A stretch of 64,000 nucleotides of DNA from an uncultured delta proteobacterium (GTDB lineage Bacteria; Myxococcota; UBA727; VGSZ01). Each line of letters begins with the position of its first letter. Position 1 is the first letter of the stretch. The DNA lies in the NCBI GenBank assembly GCA_963775425.1, contig CAVZJB010000011.1, positions 608,001-672,000 of the forward strand, in the 5' to 3' direction. A model generated the notes under the pieces. That model had not been told where the DNA came from. It did not search any database and was given only the letters and a program-made list of their open reading frames with translations. Positions 1-14,411 of the stretch are shown here, one piece after another. The translations under genes were made by a program, and so were the position numbers.

Positions 1-275
1 CCGACGCCGGAGAGCGCGAACGAGACCACCGTCCCCGCGGGCGCGCCGGCGAGGTGGGCGGTCACGGTGGCGGCGGAGATGCCGTCGGCGGGCATCTCGG
101 GGTGATCGGCGGCGAGGGAGATCGTGGGGCCGGCGCCTTGCGCCGACCCGTCGCCGGCGGCACAGCCCGCGAGCGCGGCGCCGGCGCCGGCGAGGACGGC
201 CGCCGCAGCGGCGGCGACCACGACGGCGTTGGCGAGGGCGAAGGCGCGCGACCCGGTGGTGGGCGAGGAGTCCAT
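1..275 (-). CDS. Lipoprotein with probable invasin/intimin-type Ig-like (Big_1) domain; 3' part lies outside the window
   Basis: Absent from the ORF track. Manual translation from ATG 275 gives MDSSPTTGSRAFALANAVVVAAAAAAVLAGAGAALAGC (lipobox LAGC), then ...EMPADGISAATVTAHL...GTVVSF, and stays open to the window edge. Confidence 0.6.
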   Translation of the reverse strand, partial: MDSSPTTGSRAFALANAVVVAAAAAAVLAGAGAALAGCAAGDGSAQGAGPTISLAADHPEMPADGISAATVTAHLAGAPAGTVVSFALSGV

Positions 276-470
276 GCCGCTTGTATCGTCCACGGCCGCG
301 CGAGCGCGTCTGCGCGCACCGGACGATGCGAGCGACGCCGTGTCTGTGCGCCGGCGTGGGTCCGCATCGGTCGACGATCCGGTCGCGGCGCGCCGACAAC
401 GCCGCGCGTCGACGTCACCGTCGCCGCAACGCGCGCAGGTGGGATACGCCGCGCGCTCGCCTCGGGTCCG

Positions 471-498
471 GCGCGCGCCACCGGACCGTGGCGCGCGC
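471..498. terminator. GC stem-loop about 50 nt downstream of the ppdK stop
   Basis: 11-bp perfect stem GCGCGCGCCAC/GTGGCGCGCGC with a 6-nt loop; no U-tract. Confidence 0.3.
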
Positions 499-546
499 GA
501 GGGCCGCGTCCGCCGGCTGACGGATGCGATCGGCAGGTCACGCCGC

Positions 547-3330
<2,784 letters not shown>

Positions 3331-3579
3331 GTTCGCCTGCTCCTCGAAGTCGACCGGCTGCGTTGCCGGCGCCGCCGCAACGAGCACCCGCCGTGCCACG
3401 AGGAGACGTCGCGCCGAAGCGCCGCGCAGGGGGCGCGCCGGCACGCTGGATCAGGCGGTTGTTTGCCTGGGCCCAGCCGCGGCGCGGCGAAGCGGCGGCG
3501 CCGGCGGGCGTGGCCGCACACCGCGGCGATCTGACGCGGCGCCAAGCCGATGACGCCTGTGCATCCTGCCCACCCTGGG

Positions 3580-3597
3580 TGTGTGGAATTCCACACA
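3580..3597. promoter_or_regulatory. Perfect 18-bp palindrome, probable transcription-factor operator in the divergent ppdK/cytochrome-operon intergenic region
   Basis: TGTGTGGAATTCCACACA is its own reverse complement and is AT-rich relative to the background. Confidence 0.65.
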
Positions 3598-3657
3598 GGA
3601 CGATCGCGGTCGCGGCTGAATGCCGCACGGGACGGCTGCCCGCGCTCAAGCTCGCGG

Positions 3658-3672
3658 TGGCACGAACCGTGT
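3658..3672 (+). promoter_or_regulatory. Possible sigma54-type promoter for the cytochrome operon
   Basis: TGGCACG-AACC-GTGT: perfect -24 element, but the -12 element is degenerate (GTGT versus TTGC). Confidence 0.3.
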
Positions 3673-3697
3673 TGAGGAGCGGATGCGGAGAAGCCCC

Positions 3698-6553
3698 ATG
3701 GTTACCAACAATCGCCCCTCCTGGTCTCTTGTACTCATCAACGCCTCGGTGCTCCTCCTGGCGGGCGTCGCCGGAGGGTGCCTCACGGGGAACGACGGCA
3801 GCGACGCCGGCCCCGACGTCGAGGTGAAGGCGCCGGTCGTCGAGATTGGCGGTCCAAGCGGCGTCGTCGTCGGCAACAGCGTGACGCTCGCGGCGATCAC
3901 CAGGGACGGGAGCGACGCTTCGTATACGTGGAGCTCGGCGAACCCCGCCGTCGCCGACGTCGACGCGTCCGGCACGGTGCGCGGCTTCTCCCCGGGCGAA
4001 GTGCTCGTCACGGCCGTCGGCGACGACACCCAGGCCAAGGGCGTCCACGCCATCGTGGTGCAGGCGGCGCCTGCGGCGGTGGTGGCGCTGGCCGGTCAGC
4101 ACCGCGTGCAGGTCGGGGCGCGCACGCAGCTCGTCGCGATGACCGTGAACGGCGCCGACACGGGTTACGTGTGGTCGAGTGACAACCAGGAGGTGGCGAC
4201 CGTGGCCTCCGACGGCAACGTCACCGGCATCGACGTCGGCGACGTGGTCATCACCGCCGTCGGCGCGGACACCGGCGCGGTGGGCTCCTTCAGCGTTGCC
4301 GTGACCGGCGCCTCCGCGGTGGTCATCACCGGCCCCTTCTACCTCGCCGTCGGCGACGACGCGGCGCTCAGCGCCACCACCGTCAACGACGTGGACCCCG
4401 ACTACACGTGGACGAGCAGCGACGAGTCGGTGGCCACCATCGACGCCGCCACGGGCGCCATCCACGGCAAGAGCGCGGGCGAGGTCGTCGTCACCGCCAC
4501 CGGCGCGACGTCGGGCCTGAGCGGCACGCTCGGCATCACGGTGCAACAGACCATCCCGCACTTCGACGAGTGGGCGTCGTCGGCGCACGCGAACCGCGCC
4601 GACGAGCCCTTCAACCACTGGAACTCCGAGGGCGAGATCCCCACGTCGTGCGCTCGCTGCCACAGCGACGGCGGCTACCGCGATTACCTCGGCGCCGACG
4701 GCAGCGCGGTCGGCGTCGTCGACTCGGCGCAGCCCATCGGCACCGTGGTGCAATGCACCACCTGTCACAACGACGCCGCCGCGGCGCTCACCTCCGTGAC
4801 CTTCCCCTCGGGCAAGACCCTCACGGGCCTCGGTCCGGAGGCGCGCTGCATGGTGTGCCACCAGGGCCGCGAGTCGGGGAAGACCGTCGAGGCGGAGATC
4901 ACCGCAGCGGGCGTGGGCGACGACGAGCCGAGCTCGCAGCTCGGCTTCGTGAACATCCACTACTACGCCGCCGGCGCCACGCTGAACGCCGGGCGCGTCG
5001 AGGGCGCCTACCAGTACGCCGGCCAGACCTACGACGTGCGCTTCCGCCACGTGCCGGAGCGCGACACCTGCATCAAGTGCCACGACCAGCACACGCTCAA
5101 GATTCGCATCACCGCTTGCCAGGGCTGCCACGAGAACATCTCGACGCAGGCGGACCTCAAGAACATCCGCATGATGTCGTCGATGCACAGCGACTACGAC
5201 GGCGACGGCAACAAGACCGAGGGCATCTACTACGAGATGATCGGCGTGCGTGACCGCGTCATGTCCGTCATGCAGGAGTACGGCCGCGAGAAGGGCGCGC
5301 CCATCTGCTACAACACGGACAAGTATCCCTACTTCTTCAACGACGTCGACGACGACGGCGCCTGCAGCGACGCCGAGGCCGTCTCCAGCAACGGCTATCA
5401 CGAGTGGACGCCGCGCCTCCTGCGCGCGGGCTACAACTACCACGTCGCCACCAAGGACCCCGGCGCCTTCGCGCACAACGCCAAGTACATCATCGAGGCC
5501 CTCTACGACTCCGCGCAGGACGTGAACGGCGCGCTGACGTCGCCCCTCGACATCTCCGCCCTCGTCCGCAACGACCCCGGCCACTTCAACGGCGCCGGCC
5601 AGCCCGCGCGCCACTGGGACAGCAACGAAGGCGTCGACTCCTCCTGCTCGCGCTGCCACGGCGCGTCGCAGGGCTTCCGCTTCTACCTGCAGTACGGCGT
5701 GGGCCAGCAGGTGCTCGAGCAGGGAGACGGCCTCGACTGCGCCACGTGCCACGACACCTTCGGCCACCAGGGCCAGCCGGGCGCGTTCCAGACCGTGTCC
5801 GTCGACAGCGTCACCTTCCCGAGCGGCGTCACCGTGACGCGGCCCGGGGACAAGGGGAACATCTGCGCCACCTGCCACCAGGGCCGCGAGAGCAAGGTGA
5901 GCGTCGACGCGATGCTCGACTCGGGCGGCAAGCTCTCCTTCAAGAACGTGCACTACTATCCCGCCGGCGCCGTGCGCATGGGAGCGGTGGCGCAGGTCGG
6001 CTACGAGTACGACGGCAAGCAGTACGCGGGTGAGTGGACCGGCCACCTCGGCGGGAGCTCCTGCGTGGACTGCCACTCGCCGCAGAACACCGACCACACC
6101 TTCATGATCGAGGACAACCTGCAGCGCTGCCAGCTCTGCCACGTGGGCATCACCCAGCCCACCGACATCCGCACCTCGCGTCACCCCGACGACACCGACG
6201 GCGACGGCGACACCAACGAGACGCTCGCCGGTGAGCTCGACGGCGTGGCCTCGGCGCTGCTCAACGAGATGAACCTCGTGGGCGGCCTCTGCCACGGCGA
6301 AGCGTACCCGTACTTCTTCAAGGACAACGACGGCTCCGGCGGCGAGTGCGACCCCGGCGAGCAGAGCAACCCGAACAAGTTCACCGCGTTCACGCCCGAG
6401 CTCGTCAAGGCCACGTACAACTACCAGCTCTGGCACAACGACCCCGGCGCCTGGGCCCACAACTTCGACTACATCGCCGAGCTCCTCATCGACTCCATCG
6501 ACGACCTCGGCGGCGACACCTCCAACTTCGTCCGCCCGGAGCCCACGCCATGA
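3698..6553 (+). CDS. Decaheme cytochrome c lipoprotein with three N-terminal Big_2 Ig-like domains
   Basis: Signal peptide ending LAGVAGGC; three YxW(S/T)SS...VAx(V/I)...G.V..TA repeats; 10 CxxCH in two homologous 5-heme halves, each with CHQGRES, NxHYY, DxDGDG, YPYFF and DPGAxAHN. Start could also be 3683. Confidence 0.9.
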   Translation: MVTNNRPSWSLVLINASVLLLAGVAGGCLTGNDGSDAGPDVEVKAPVVEIGGPSGVVVGNSVTLAAITRDGSDASYTWSSANPAVADVDASGTVRGFSPGEVLVTAVGDDTQAKGVHAIVVQAAPAAVVALAGQHRVQVGARTQLVAMTVNGADTGYVWSSDNQEVATVASDGNVTGIDVGDVVITAVGADTGAVGSFSVAVTGASAVVITGPFYLAVGDDAALSATTVNDVDPDYTWTSSDESVATIDAATGAIHGKSAGEVVVTATGATSGLSGTLGITVQQTIPHFDEWASSAHANRADEPFNHWNSEGEIPTSCARCHSDGGYRDYLGADGSAVGVVDSAQPIGTVVQCTTCHNDAAAALTSVTFPSGKTLTGLGPEARCMVCHQGRESGKTVEAEITAAGVGDDEPSSQLGFVNIHYYAAGATLNAGRVEGAYQYAGQTYDVRFRHVPERDTCIKCHDQHTLKIRITACQGCHENISTQADLKNIRMMSSMHSDYDGDGNKTEGIYYEMIGVRDRVMSVMQEYGREKGAPICYNTDKYPYFFNDVDDDGACSDAEAVSSNGYHEWTPRLLRAGYNYHVATKDPGAFAHNAKYIIEALYDSAQDVNGALTSPLDISALVRNDPGHFNGAGQPARHWDSNEGVDSSCSRCHGASQGFRFYLQYGVGQQVLEQGDGLDCATCHDTFGHQGQPGAFQTVSVDSVTFPSGVTVTRPGDKGNICATCHQGRESKVSVDAMLDSGGKLSFKNVHYYPAGAVRMGAVAQVGYEYDGKQYAGEWTGHLGGSSCVDCHSPQNTDHTFMIEDNLQRCQLCHVGITQPTDIRTSRHPDDTDGDGDTNETLAGELDGVASALLNEMNLVGGLCHGEAYPYFFKDNDGSGGECDPGEQSNPNKFTAFTPELVKATYNYQLWHNDPGAWAHNFDYIAELLIDSIDDLGGDTSNFVRPEPTP

Positions 6554-7236
6554 AACGCGCCGCGCCCTTCTTCCTCGCGCTCGCCGCGCTCGTCGCCTTC
6601 GTGGCCGCGAGCGCGGGCTCGAGCGAGACCGCGGCGCCGGATCCGTCCACGCCGCGCCTCGCCGACCTCGCCCTGCACGGCCCGGCGGCGCTCGCCGTGA
6701 CCCGCGGCGTGCCCGAGGTGGGCGCGGCTCCCGCAGCGAAGCCCGCCGACGCCAAGGCGACGGCCGAGGCGCCGGCGGCGCCCACGCTCGACAAGCCCAC
6801 AGACCTGCTCGCGCGCTTCCCGGCCCTGGTGGCCGAGGGGCGCAAGGACAAAATGGACGCCTACCCGTGCTCCGAGTGCCACGATGAGTCGCTCGCTCCG
6901 AACCCCACGGAGCGCGTGCTCACCGAGAACCACGACGACATCGTCTTGAAGCACGGCGGCGGGCGCTTCTGGTGCACCACCTGCCACGGCGCGAGCGCCG
7001 ACAAGGACTCGCTGGTGAGCCTCAAGGGCCAGCCCATCGACTTCGATCAGTCGTACCTGCTGTGCGGCCAATGCCACTTCCAGCAGCAGCGCGACTTCTT
7101 CTATGGAGCCCACGGCAAGCGCCTCGGCTCCTGGCGCGGCGAGCGCAAGGTCGCCGCCTGCACGAGCTGTCACGACGCGCACGATCCTTCGATCAAGCCG
7201 CGCAAACCCTGGCGAGGACCCGATGCCACGCGATGA
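6550..7236 (+). CDS. Periplasmic tetraheme cytochrome c
   Basis: ATGA overlap with the upstream gene; signal peptide MKRAAPFFLALAALVAF; motifs CSECH, CTTCH, CGQCH, CTSCH. Confidence 0.9.
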   Translation: MKRAAPFFLALAALVAFVAASAGSSETAAPDPSTPRLADLALHGPAALAVTRGVPEVGAAPAAKPADAKATAEAPAAPTLDKPTDLLARFPALVAEGRKDKMDAYPCSECHDESLAPNPTERVLTENHDDIVLKHGGGRFWCTTCHGASADKDSLVSLKGQPIDFDQSYLLCGQCHFQQQRDFFYGAHGKRLGSWRGERKVAACTSCHDAHDPSIKPRKPWRGPDATR

Positions 7237-8146
7237 TGACTCCCGTACCCAGACCGCGGACAAGCCGCGCGAGAAGCTGACCCGGCGTGGCGCGCTCAAG
7301 GTCCTCGGCGCCGGTGCCGCCGTCGCCGGCGCCGCAGGCTGCTCGCCGGGCTACACCGAGTGGCTGCAGGGCTTCGTGCAGGAGCACTACCAGAGCATGA
7401 CGCCCGACGAGGTGAAGGACACCATCGCGCGCCTGGAGAAGAAGTACTCCAAGCAGGCCGGCGAGGACGTCCACGTGAAGACGACGGAGCCGCTGCAGGG
7501 CGTGCTCTACGGCTACGCGCTCGATATCTCGCGTTGCAAGGGCTACGGCGAGTGCGTCAAGGCCTGCCGCGAGGAGAACAACCTCACCGGCGAGTTCTCC
7601 TACATCAAGGTCCTCGAGATGGACAAAGGGCCCATCGACCTGCAGAAGGCCGACCGGGACTACGCCAAGCACGACGCCGAGGTGCCGGTGCCGGGCAAGA
7701 TGTACATGCCGGTCGCGTGCATGCAGTGCGACAACCCGCCCTGCGTCAAGGCCTGCCCGGTCGAGGCCACGTGGCGTGAGAAGGACGGCATCGTCGTCAT
7801 CGACTACGACTGGTGCATCGGCTGCCGGTACTGCCAGGCGGCGTGTCCCTACGAGGCGCGGCACTTCAACTGGGCCCAGCCGGGCGCCGAGCTCACGCAG
7901 ACCGAGACGCACTACCTCGGCAACCGTCCGCGCCCGCGCGGCGTCGTCGAGAAGTGCACCTTCTGCGTGCAGCGGACCCGCGAGGGCCGGCTGCCCGCGT
8001 GTCAGGAGGCCTGCCCCACCGGCGCGCGCGTGTTCGGCAACCTCCTCGATCCCAAGAGTGACATCCGCTGGATCCTCGAGCACAAGACCGTGTTCCGCCT
8101 GAAGGAAGACCTCGGGACGGAGCCCAAGTTCTGGTACTACACATGA
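7223..8146 (+). CDS. Tat-exported NrfC/DsrO-type Fe-S electron-transfer subunit
   Basis: Twin-arginine motif LTRRGALK; Cys groups CKGYGECVKAC, CMQCDNPPCVKACP, CIGCRYCQAACP and CTFC...PACQEACP; C-terminal LGTEPKFWY. Confidence 0.92.
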   Translation: MPRDDDSRTQTADKPREKLTRRGALKVLGAGAAVAGAAGCSPGYTEWLQGFVQEHYQSMTPDEVKDTIARLEKKYSKQAGEDVHVKTTEPLQGVLYGYALDISRCKGYGECVKACREENNLTGEFSYIKVLEMDKGPIDLQKADRDYAKHDAEVPVPGKMYMPVACMQCDNPPCVKACPVEATWREKDGIVVIDYDWCIGCRYCQAACPYEARHFNWAQPGAELTQTETHYLGNRPRPRGVVEKCTFCVQRTREGRLPACQEACPTGARVFGNLLDPKSDIRWILEHKTVFRLKEDLGTEPKFWYYT

Positions 8147-9447
8147 GCGCCTCCACCTCCACCCTCGACGACACCCTCTCCCCCGCCGTGAGCGCCCCGC
8201 GCCAGGATCGTCGTGGCCTCACGCGCGCGTTCCTCACGGAGGGCGTCCGGGAAGCCTGGCGCGGCGGCCGCAAGTACAAGCTGTGGCTCGCGCTGCTCGT
8301 CGTGGCGATGATCCCCGGCGCCGTCGCCTACGTCGGCCAGCTCAAAAACGGCCTCGCCGTCACCGGCATGAGCGACCAGGTGAGCTGGGGCGCGTACATC
8401 GCGAACTTCACGTTCCTCGTCGGCATGGCCGCAGCGGCGGTGATGCTCGTGATCCCGTCGTACGTCTTTCACAACGAGCATGCGCGCTCCGTGGTGATCA
8501 TCGCCGAGGCGCTGGCGGTGGCGGCGTGCGTGATGGCGATGACCTTCGTGGTCGTCGACCTCGGCCACCCCGAGCGCATGTGGCACCTCATGCCCTTCAT
8601 CGGGCGGCTGCACTTCCCGACGTCGGTGCTGGCGTGGGACGTCATCGTGCTCTTCGGCTACCTCATGCTGAACATCTTCATCCCATTCGGCGTGCTGCGG
8701 GCCCGCTTCGACGGGCGCGATCCGCACCCCACCTGGTTCTACGTCGTCATCAGCGTCGCCATCGTGTGGGCCATCGGCATCCACACCGTGACCGCGTTCC
8801 TCTACTCCGCCAACGCCGCGCGCCCCTTCTGGCATACGGCGCTCCTCGGCCCGCGCTTCATCGCATCGGCGTTCGCGTCCGGTCCGGCGCTGATCCTGGT
8901 CACCTTCCGGATCCTCAAGGATCGCATCGGCTACCCGATCCCCAAGGACGTCGTCCGCTTCCTCGCGGTGGTGGTCTGCGTGGCGCTGCTCATCAACCTG
9001 TTCATGGTCGGCGCGGAGGTCTTCACGGAAGGCTACGCGCAGACAGAAGAGAGCTCGCAGGCGCTCGGCCTGTTCCAGGGCAGGGACGGCCCCTTCATCT
9101 ACATCGCGCTCAGCATGGAGATCGTCGCCGCCCTCATCCTCGTCATCCCGGCCTGGAGCCGGCGGATCCAGAACGTGATGGTCGCCTGCGGCCTGGCCGT
9201 GGTCGGGGTGTGGATCGAAAAGGGCCTGGGGCTCATCGTTCCCGGGTTCACCCCGACCCCCCTCGGCGAGGTGCACAGCTACATGCCGACGTGGACCGAG
9301 GTGTTCGTCAGCCTTGCAATCTGGGCCTTTGGTGCGCTCATCTTCACGCTCCTGGCAAAGCCCGCTATTGCGATTCAATTGGGCGCGCTGCGCCGCAAGA
9401 AGGCGGAGATGTCCTCCGTCGCGTCCGCTCAAGGAGAAAAGAAATGA
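8143..9447 (+). CDS. NrfD/DsrP/PsrC-family quinone-interacting membrane subunit
   Basis: About 10 hydrophobic segments; motifs GLAVTGMSDQVSWGAYIANFTFLVG, DLGHPER, IHTVTAFL, ARPFWH, PRFIASAF, GVWIEKG and YMPTWTE. Confidence 0.92.
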   Translation: MSASTSTLDDTLSPAVSAPRQDRRGLTRAFLTEGVREAWRGGRKYKLWLALLVVAMIPGAVAYVGQLKNGLAVTGMSDQVSWGAYIANFTFLVGMAAAAVMLVIPSYVFHNEHARSVVIIAEALAVAACVMAMTFVVVDLGHPERMWHLMPFIGRLHFPTSVLAWDVIVLFGYLMLNIFIPFGVLRARFDGRDPHPTWFYVVISVAIVWAIGIHTVTAFLYSANAARPFWHTALLGPRFIASAFASGPALILVTFRILKDRIGYPIPKDVVRFLAVVVCVALLINLFMVGAEVFTEGYAQTEESSQALGLFQGRDGPFIYIALSMEIVAALILVIPAWSRRIQNVMVACGLAVVGVWIEKGLGLIVPGFTPTPLGEVHSYMPTWTEVFVSLAIWAFGALIFTLLAKPAIAIQLGALRRKKAEMSSVASAQGEKK

Positions 9448-9848
9448 AGCCGAGACACCTCCTCCTCGCCGCCATCGTCGGTGGAGCTCTGACCGCCGTC
9501 GCCGGCGAGCCGGCGCCCAAGGCCCCGGCGCCCGACACGCCGGCGCCCGCCGCGCCCACGGCCGCCGACGGAGAGAAGATCTGGAACGAGAAGGCATCCA
9601 AGTGCGCCACCTGCCACGGCACCGACGGCAAGGGCGACACCAAGATGGGCAAGTCCAAGCACGTCAAGGACATGACCAGCGCCGAGTGGCAGAAGTCCAA
9701 GACCGATGAGGACATCGAAAACGCCATCCTCAAGGGCGTCGAGCGCGAAGAGGACGGCAAGAAGGTGAAGATGTCGCCGCTCAAGAACGGCACCCCGGAG
9801 CAGGCCAAGGCCCTCCTCGCGTTCATCCGCTCGCTCGGAGCCAAGTGA
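9444..9848 (+). CDS. Monoheme class I cytochrome c
   Basis: AAGGAG RBS, signal peptide, CATCHGTDGKG and a distal Met candidate (KMSP). Confidence 0.9.
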   Translation: MKPRHLLLAAIVGGALTAVAGEPAPKAPAPDTPAPAAPTAADGEKIWNEKASKCATCHGTDGKGDTKMGKSKHVKDMTSAEWQKSKTDEDIENAILKGVEREEDGKKVKMSPLKNGTPEQAKALLAFIRSLGAK

Positions 9849-11233
9849 ACGGTCCTTTGATCCTGTTGCTCGCGACGGCCGCACCCGGGGCCGGCGCGAG
9901 CGCGTCTGCTCCGGGCCCGCCGGCGCCGGCCGTGGCGGCCGACGCCGACGAGCCGGTGCTCGACGCGTGGCTCTCGGCGGCCGAGGGCTATCGGCTGCGC
10001 ACCGACGGGAGCGCCGGGGACAACGACGTCTCCCTCCTCGTCGACGGCGGCGCGCGCGCGCTCGAAGGCCGAGCCGGCCTCGACGTGTCCGGCGCGTTGT
10101 TCTGGGACGTGGACGGCAAGAGCCCCGGGTTCGCGTCCATCCACGACGACAAGGGCGCCGTCGACATCATCGTCGACACGCTCGAGCTGCGTGGCGCCGC
10201 GGACCCGTTGGTGCCGCGCTTCTCCATCGGGCGGCTCACGGTCGACGAGGGGCTGCCGGAGACCCTCGACGGCGCCGCCGTCGCCGTCACGCCCCTGCGC
10301 GTGCCGGCAGCGGCGGTGACGCTGTTCGGCTCGGTGGGGCGCACGGTGCATTTCTACGCGGTCGACGGCGAGGGCTTCGAGGACTGGGCCGCGTCCGCCG
10401 GCACCGACCTGCTCATCGCTCAGACGCTGAAGCTCGAGGCCGACTACCGCGCGCTGGTGCAGGACTCGCCTTCGCACCGCTTCGCCCAGAGCTACGGCGC
10501 GGCGTTCTACCAGCGCATCGACGACGTCGCCCTCACCAAGCTCTGGGCGCGCGGCATCGACGACAAGCTCTCGCACGTCGGCGCGCGCACGCACCTCGCG
10601 TATGCGCCGCCGCCGCCCGGGGAGGCGCGGCGGACGCCGTGGCAGATCGGCATCGACCTCGACGGTGTCGAGCAGACGGCGCCGCTCGGTGAGGTCTTCG
10701 AGAGCGAGAACCCGCTGTTCGCCGTGCTCGGCAAGAGCGAGCCGAACCTGCGCGGCGCGGTCGACGCCTGGGGACGCGCCGACGTCGGCGTCGCCGACGC
10801 GGGGCTGCACCTCGGGGCGAGCGGCCGGCGCGTGCTCCAGGGAGAGCAGGGTCCGTTCAACCGCGACAGCGGCCGCGTCTATGCGCTGGCCGAAGCGGAC
10901 GACATCGTGCTCACCGGCCCGTTCCTCTCCGCCATCGTCTCCTACGACGTCGCGCTCGGCCCGTCGGAGCCCGCGGTGGTCGCGCTTGGCGGCAGCGCCG
11001 GTTGGCGCGGCGATTCCTTCAAGGCGTCCGTGGGGACGTCGTGGGACCGCGTGAAGTACGACTACTACCGCGACGTCAACGAGCTCCTCGACGTGCGCAC
11101 GGTGTATGCGTCGCTCGACGTGCGGCCGCTCGCGTTTTTGCGCGTGAAGGCCGACTACAGCCTCGAGCTCGCGGATCGCGTCGTGCACACGGCGCGCGTC
11201 ACCCTGGTTCAGGATCTCGGAGGTGGGTGGTGA
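9845..11233 (+). CDS. Probable outer-membrane beta-barrel (porin of a porin-cytochrome complex)
   Basis: N-terminal signal-like segment, no Cys, many alternating amphipathic strands (LKLEADYR, VYASLDV, LRVKADYSL, TARVTLVQ), terminal Trp; lies between cytochrome genes with GTGA overlaps. Confidence 0.7.
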   Translation: MNGPLILLLATAAPGAGASASAPGPPAPAVAADADEPVLDAWLSAAEGYRLRTDGSAGDNDVSLLVDGGARALEGRAGLDVSGALFWDVDGKSPGFASIHDDKGAVDIIVDTLELRGAADPLVPRFSIGRLTVDEGLPETLDGAAVAVTPLRVPAAAVTLFGSVGRTVHFYAVDGEGFEDWAASAGTDLLIAQTLKLEADYRALVQDSPSHRFAQSYGAAFYQRIDDVALTKLWARGIDDKLSHVGARTHLAYAPPPPGEARRTPWQIGIDLDGVEQTAPLGEVFESENPLFAVLGKSEPNLRGAVDAWGRADVGVADAGLHLGASGRRVLQGEQGPFNRDSGRVYALAEADDIVLTGPFLSAIVSYDVALGPSEPAVVALGGSAGWRGDSFKASVGTSWDRVKYDYYRDVNELLDVRTVYASLDVRPLAFLRVKADYSLELADRVVHTARVTLVQDLGGGW

Positions 11234-12176
11234 GCCCTCGGCTGCTCCCGGGCGGTGGACGAGCCCCGGCGCCTCGCTCAGGGTGGCGGCTCATCGCGAC
11301 GCTCGCCGTCGCCGTGGCCGCGTTGGGCGCGCAGGCGTCGACGACGCACGAAGCGCGGCGCTATGTGTTCTCGCACGCGGAGCACGCGGCGCGCGACCCG
11401 GCGTCGACCTGCACGGATTGCCACGACGCCTCCGGTGCGGCGCCCGCCGGCGCCGTCGCGGCGGGGACCTTGGGGCCGTGGGCGCCCACCGCCGGCCGGC
11501 CCGCGCTGAAGACGGCGCACTGCACGGAGTGCCACGATGAGGTGCCGGCGCTCGCCGCGCGCGAGGGACGCGCCGCGCTCGCGGTGCTCTTCGATCACCG
11601 GCCGCACAAAGACGCCGTCGCCGGCAAGTGCGCGTCATGCCACGTGCGCGGCGCCAGCGACGACGAGCGGCACGTCGAGCACCGCCTCGCGGCGGAGCCT
11701 TCGATGTGTTTTTCGTGTCACCAGGGGAGCGCCGACGCGCCGCGTGAGCAGGCGTGCGTGATGTGCCATGGGCGCGACCAGCGCCAGGTGGAGCCGCGGA
11801 CGCACGACGCGCTCGCCTGGAAGCGGATGCACGGCGCCAGCGCCATGCCGTTCGCGCCGTTGCCGCACGGGCAGAGCTGCGTGCTGTGTCACCGCGAGTC
11901 GAGCTGCAAGAGCTGCCACCGCGTCGAAGCGCCCACCGACCACACGCCGGTCTGGGAGGAGCGCACGCACGGCATCGTCGCGTCCTTCAATCGCGCGCGC
12001 TGCAAGACCTGTCACGAGACCGGGCAGTGCGTCGGCTGTCACCGCACCACCGAGCCCAAGAACCACGACGCCTCGTGGAAGGCCACGCACGGCCTCGTCG
12101 CCCGCAGCCGCAGCGACTCGAGCTGCCAGGTGTGCCACCGGCCGAGCTTCTGCATCGACTGCCACAGGGGGAACAA

Positions 12177-12180
<4 letters not shown>
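11230..12180 (+). CDS. 11-heme periplasmic cytochrome c; C-terminal half has an OmaB-like repeat pattern
   Basis: 11 CxxCH; three repeats of H...W...HG...CxxCH-x3-4-CxxCH; hydrophobic signal LIATLAVAVAALGAQA. Confidence 0.88.

Positions 12181-14407
<2,227 letters not shown>

Positions 14408-14411
<4 letters not shown>

Noticed and set aside
6284-6296. An eleventh heme site in the decaheme protein (GLCH)
   Set aside because: It lacks the first Cys and corresponds to the non-heme Cys (PICY) of the first half.
7223-9447. Polysulfide reductase, nitrite reductase or Dsr sulfur-metabolism call
   Set aside because: No catalytic subunit is present (no Mo enzyme, no CxxCK-type NrfA, no DsrMK).
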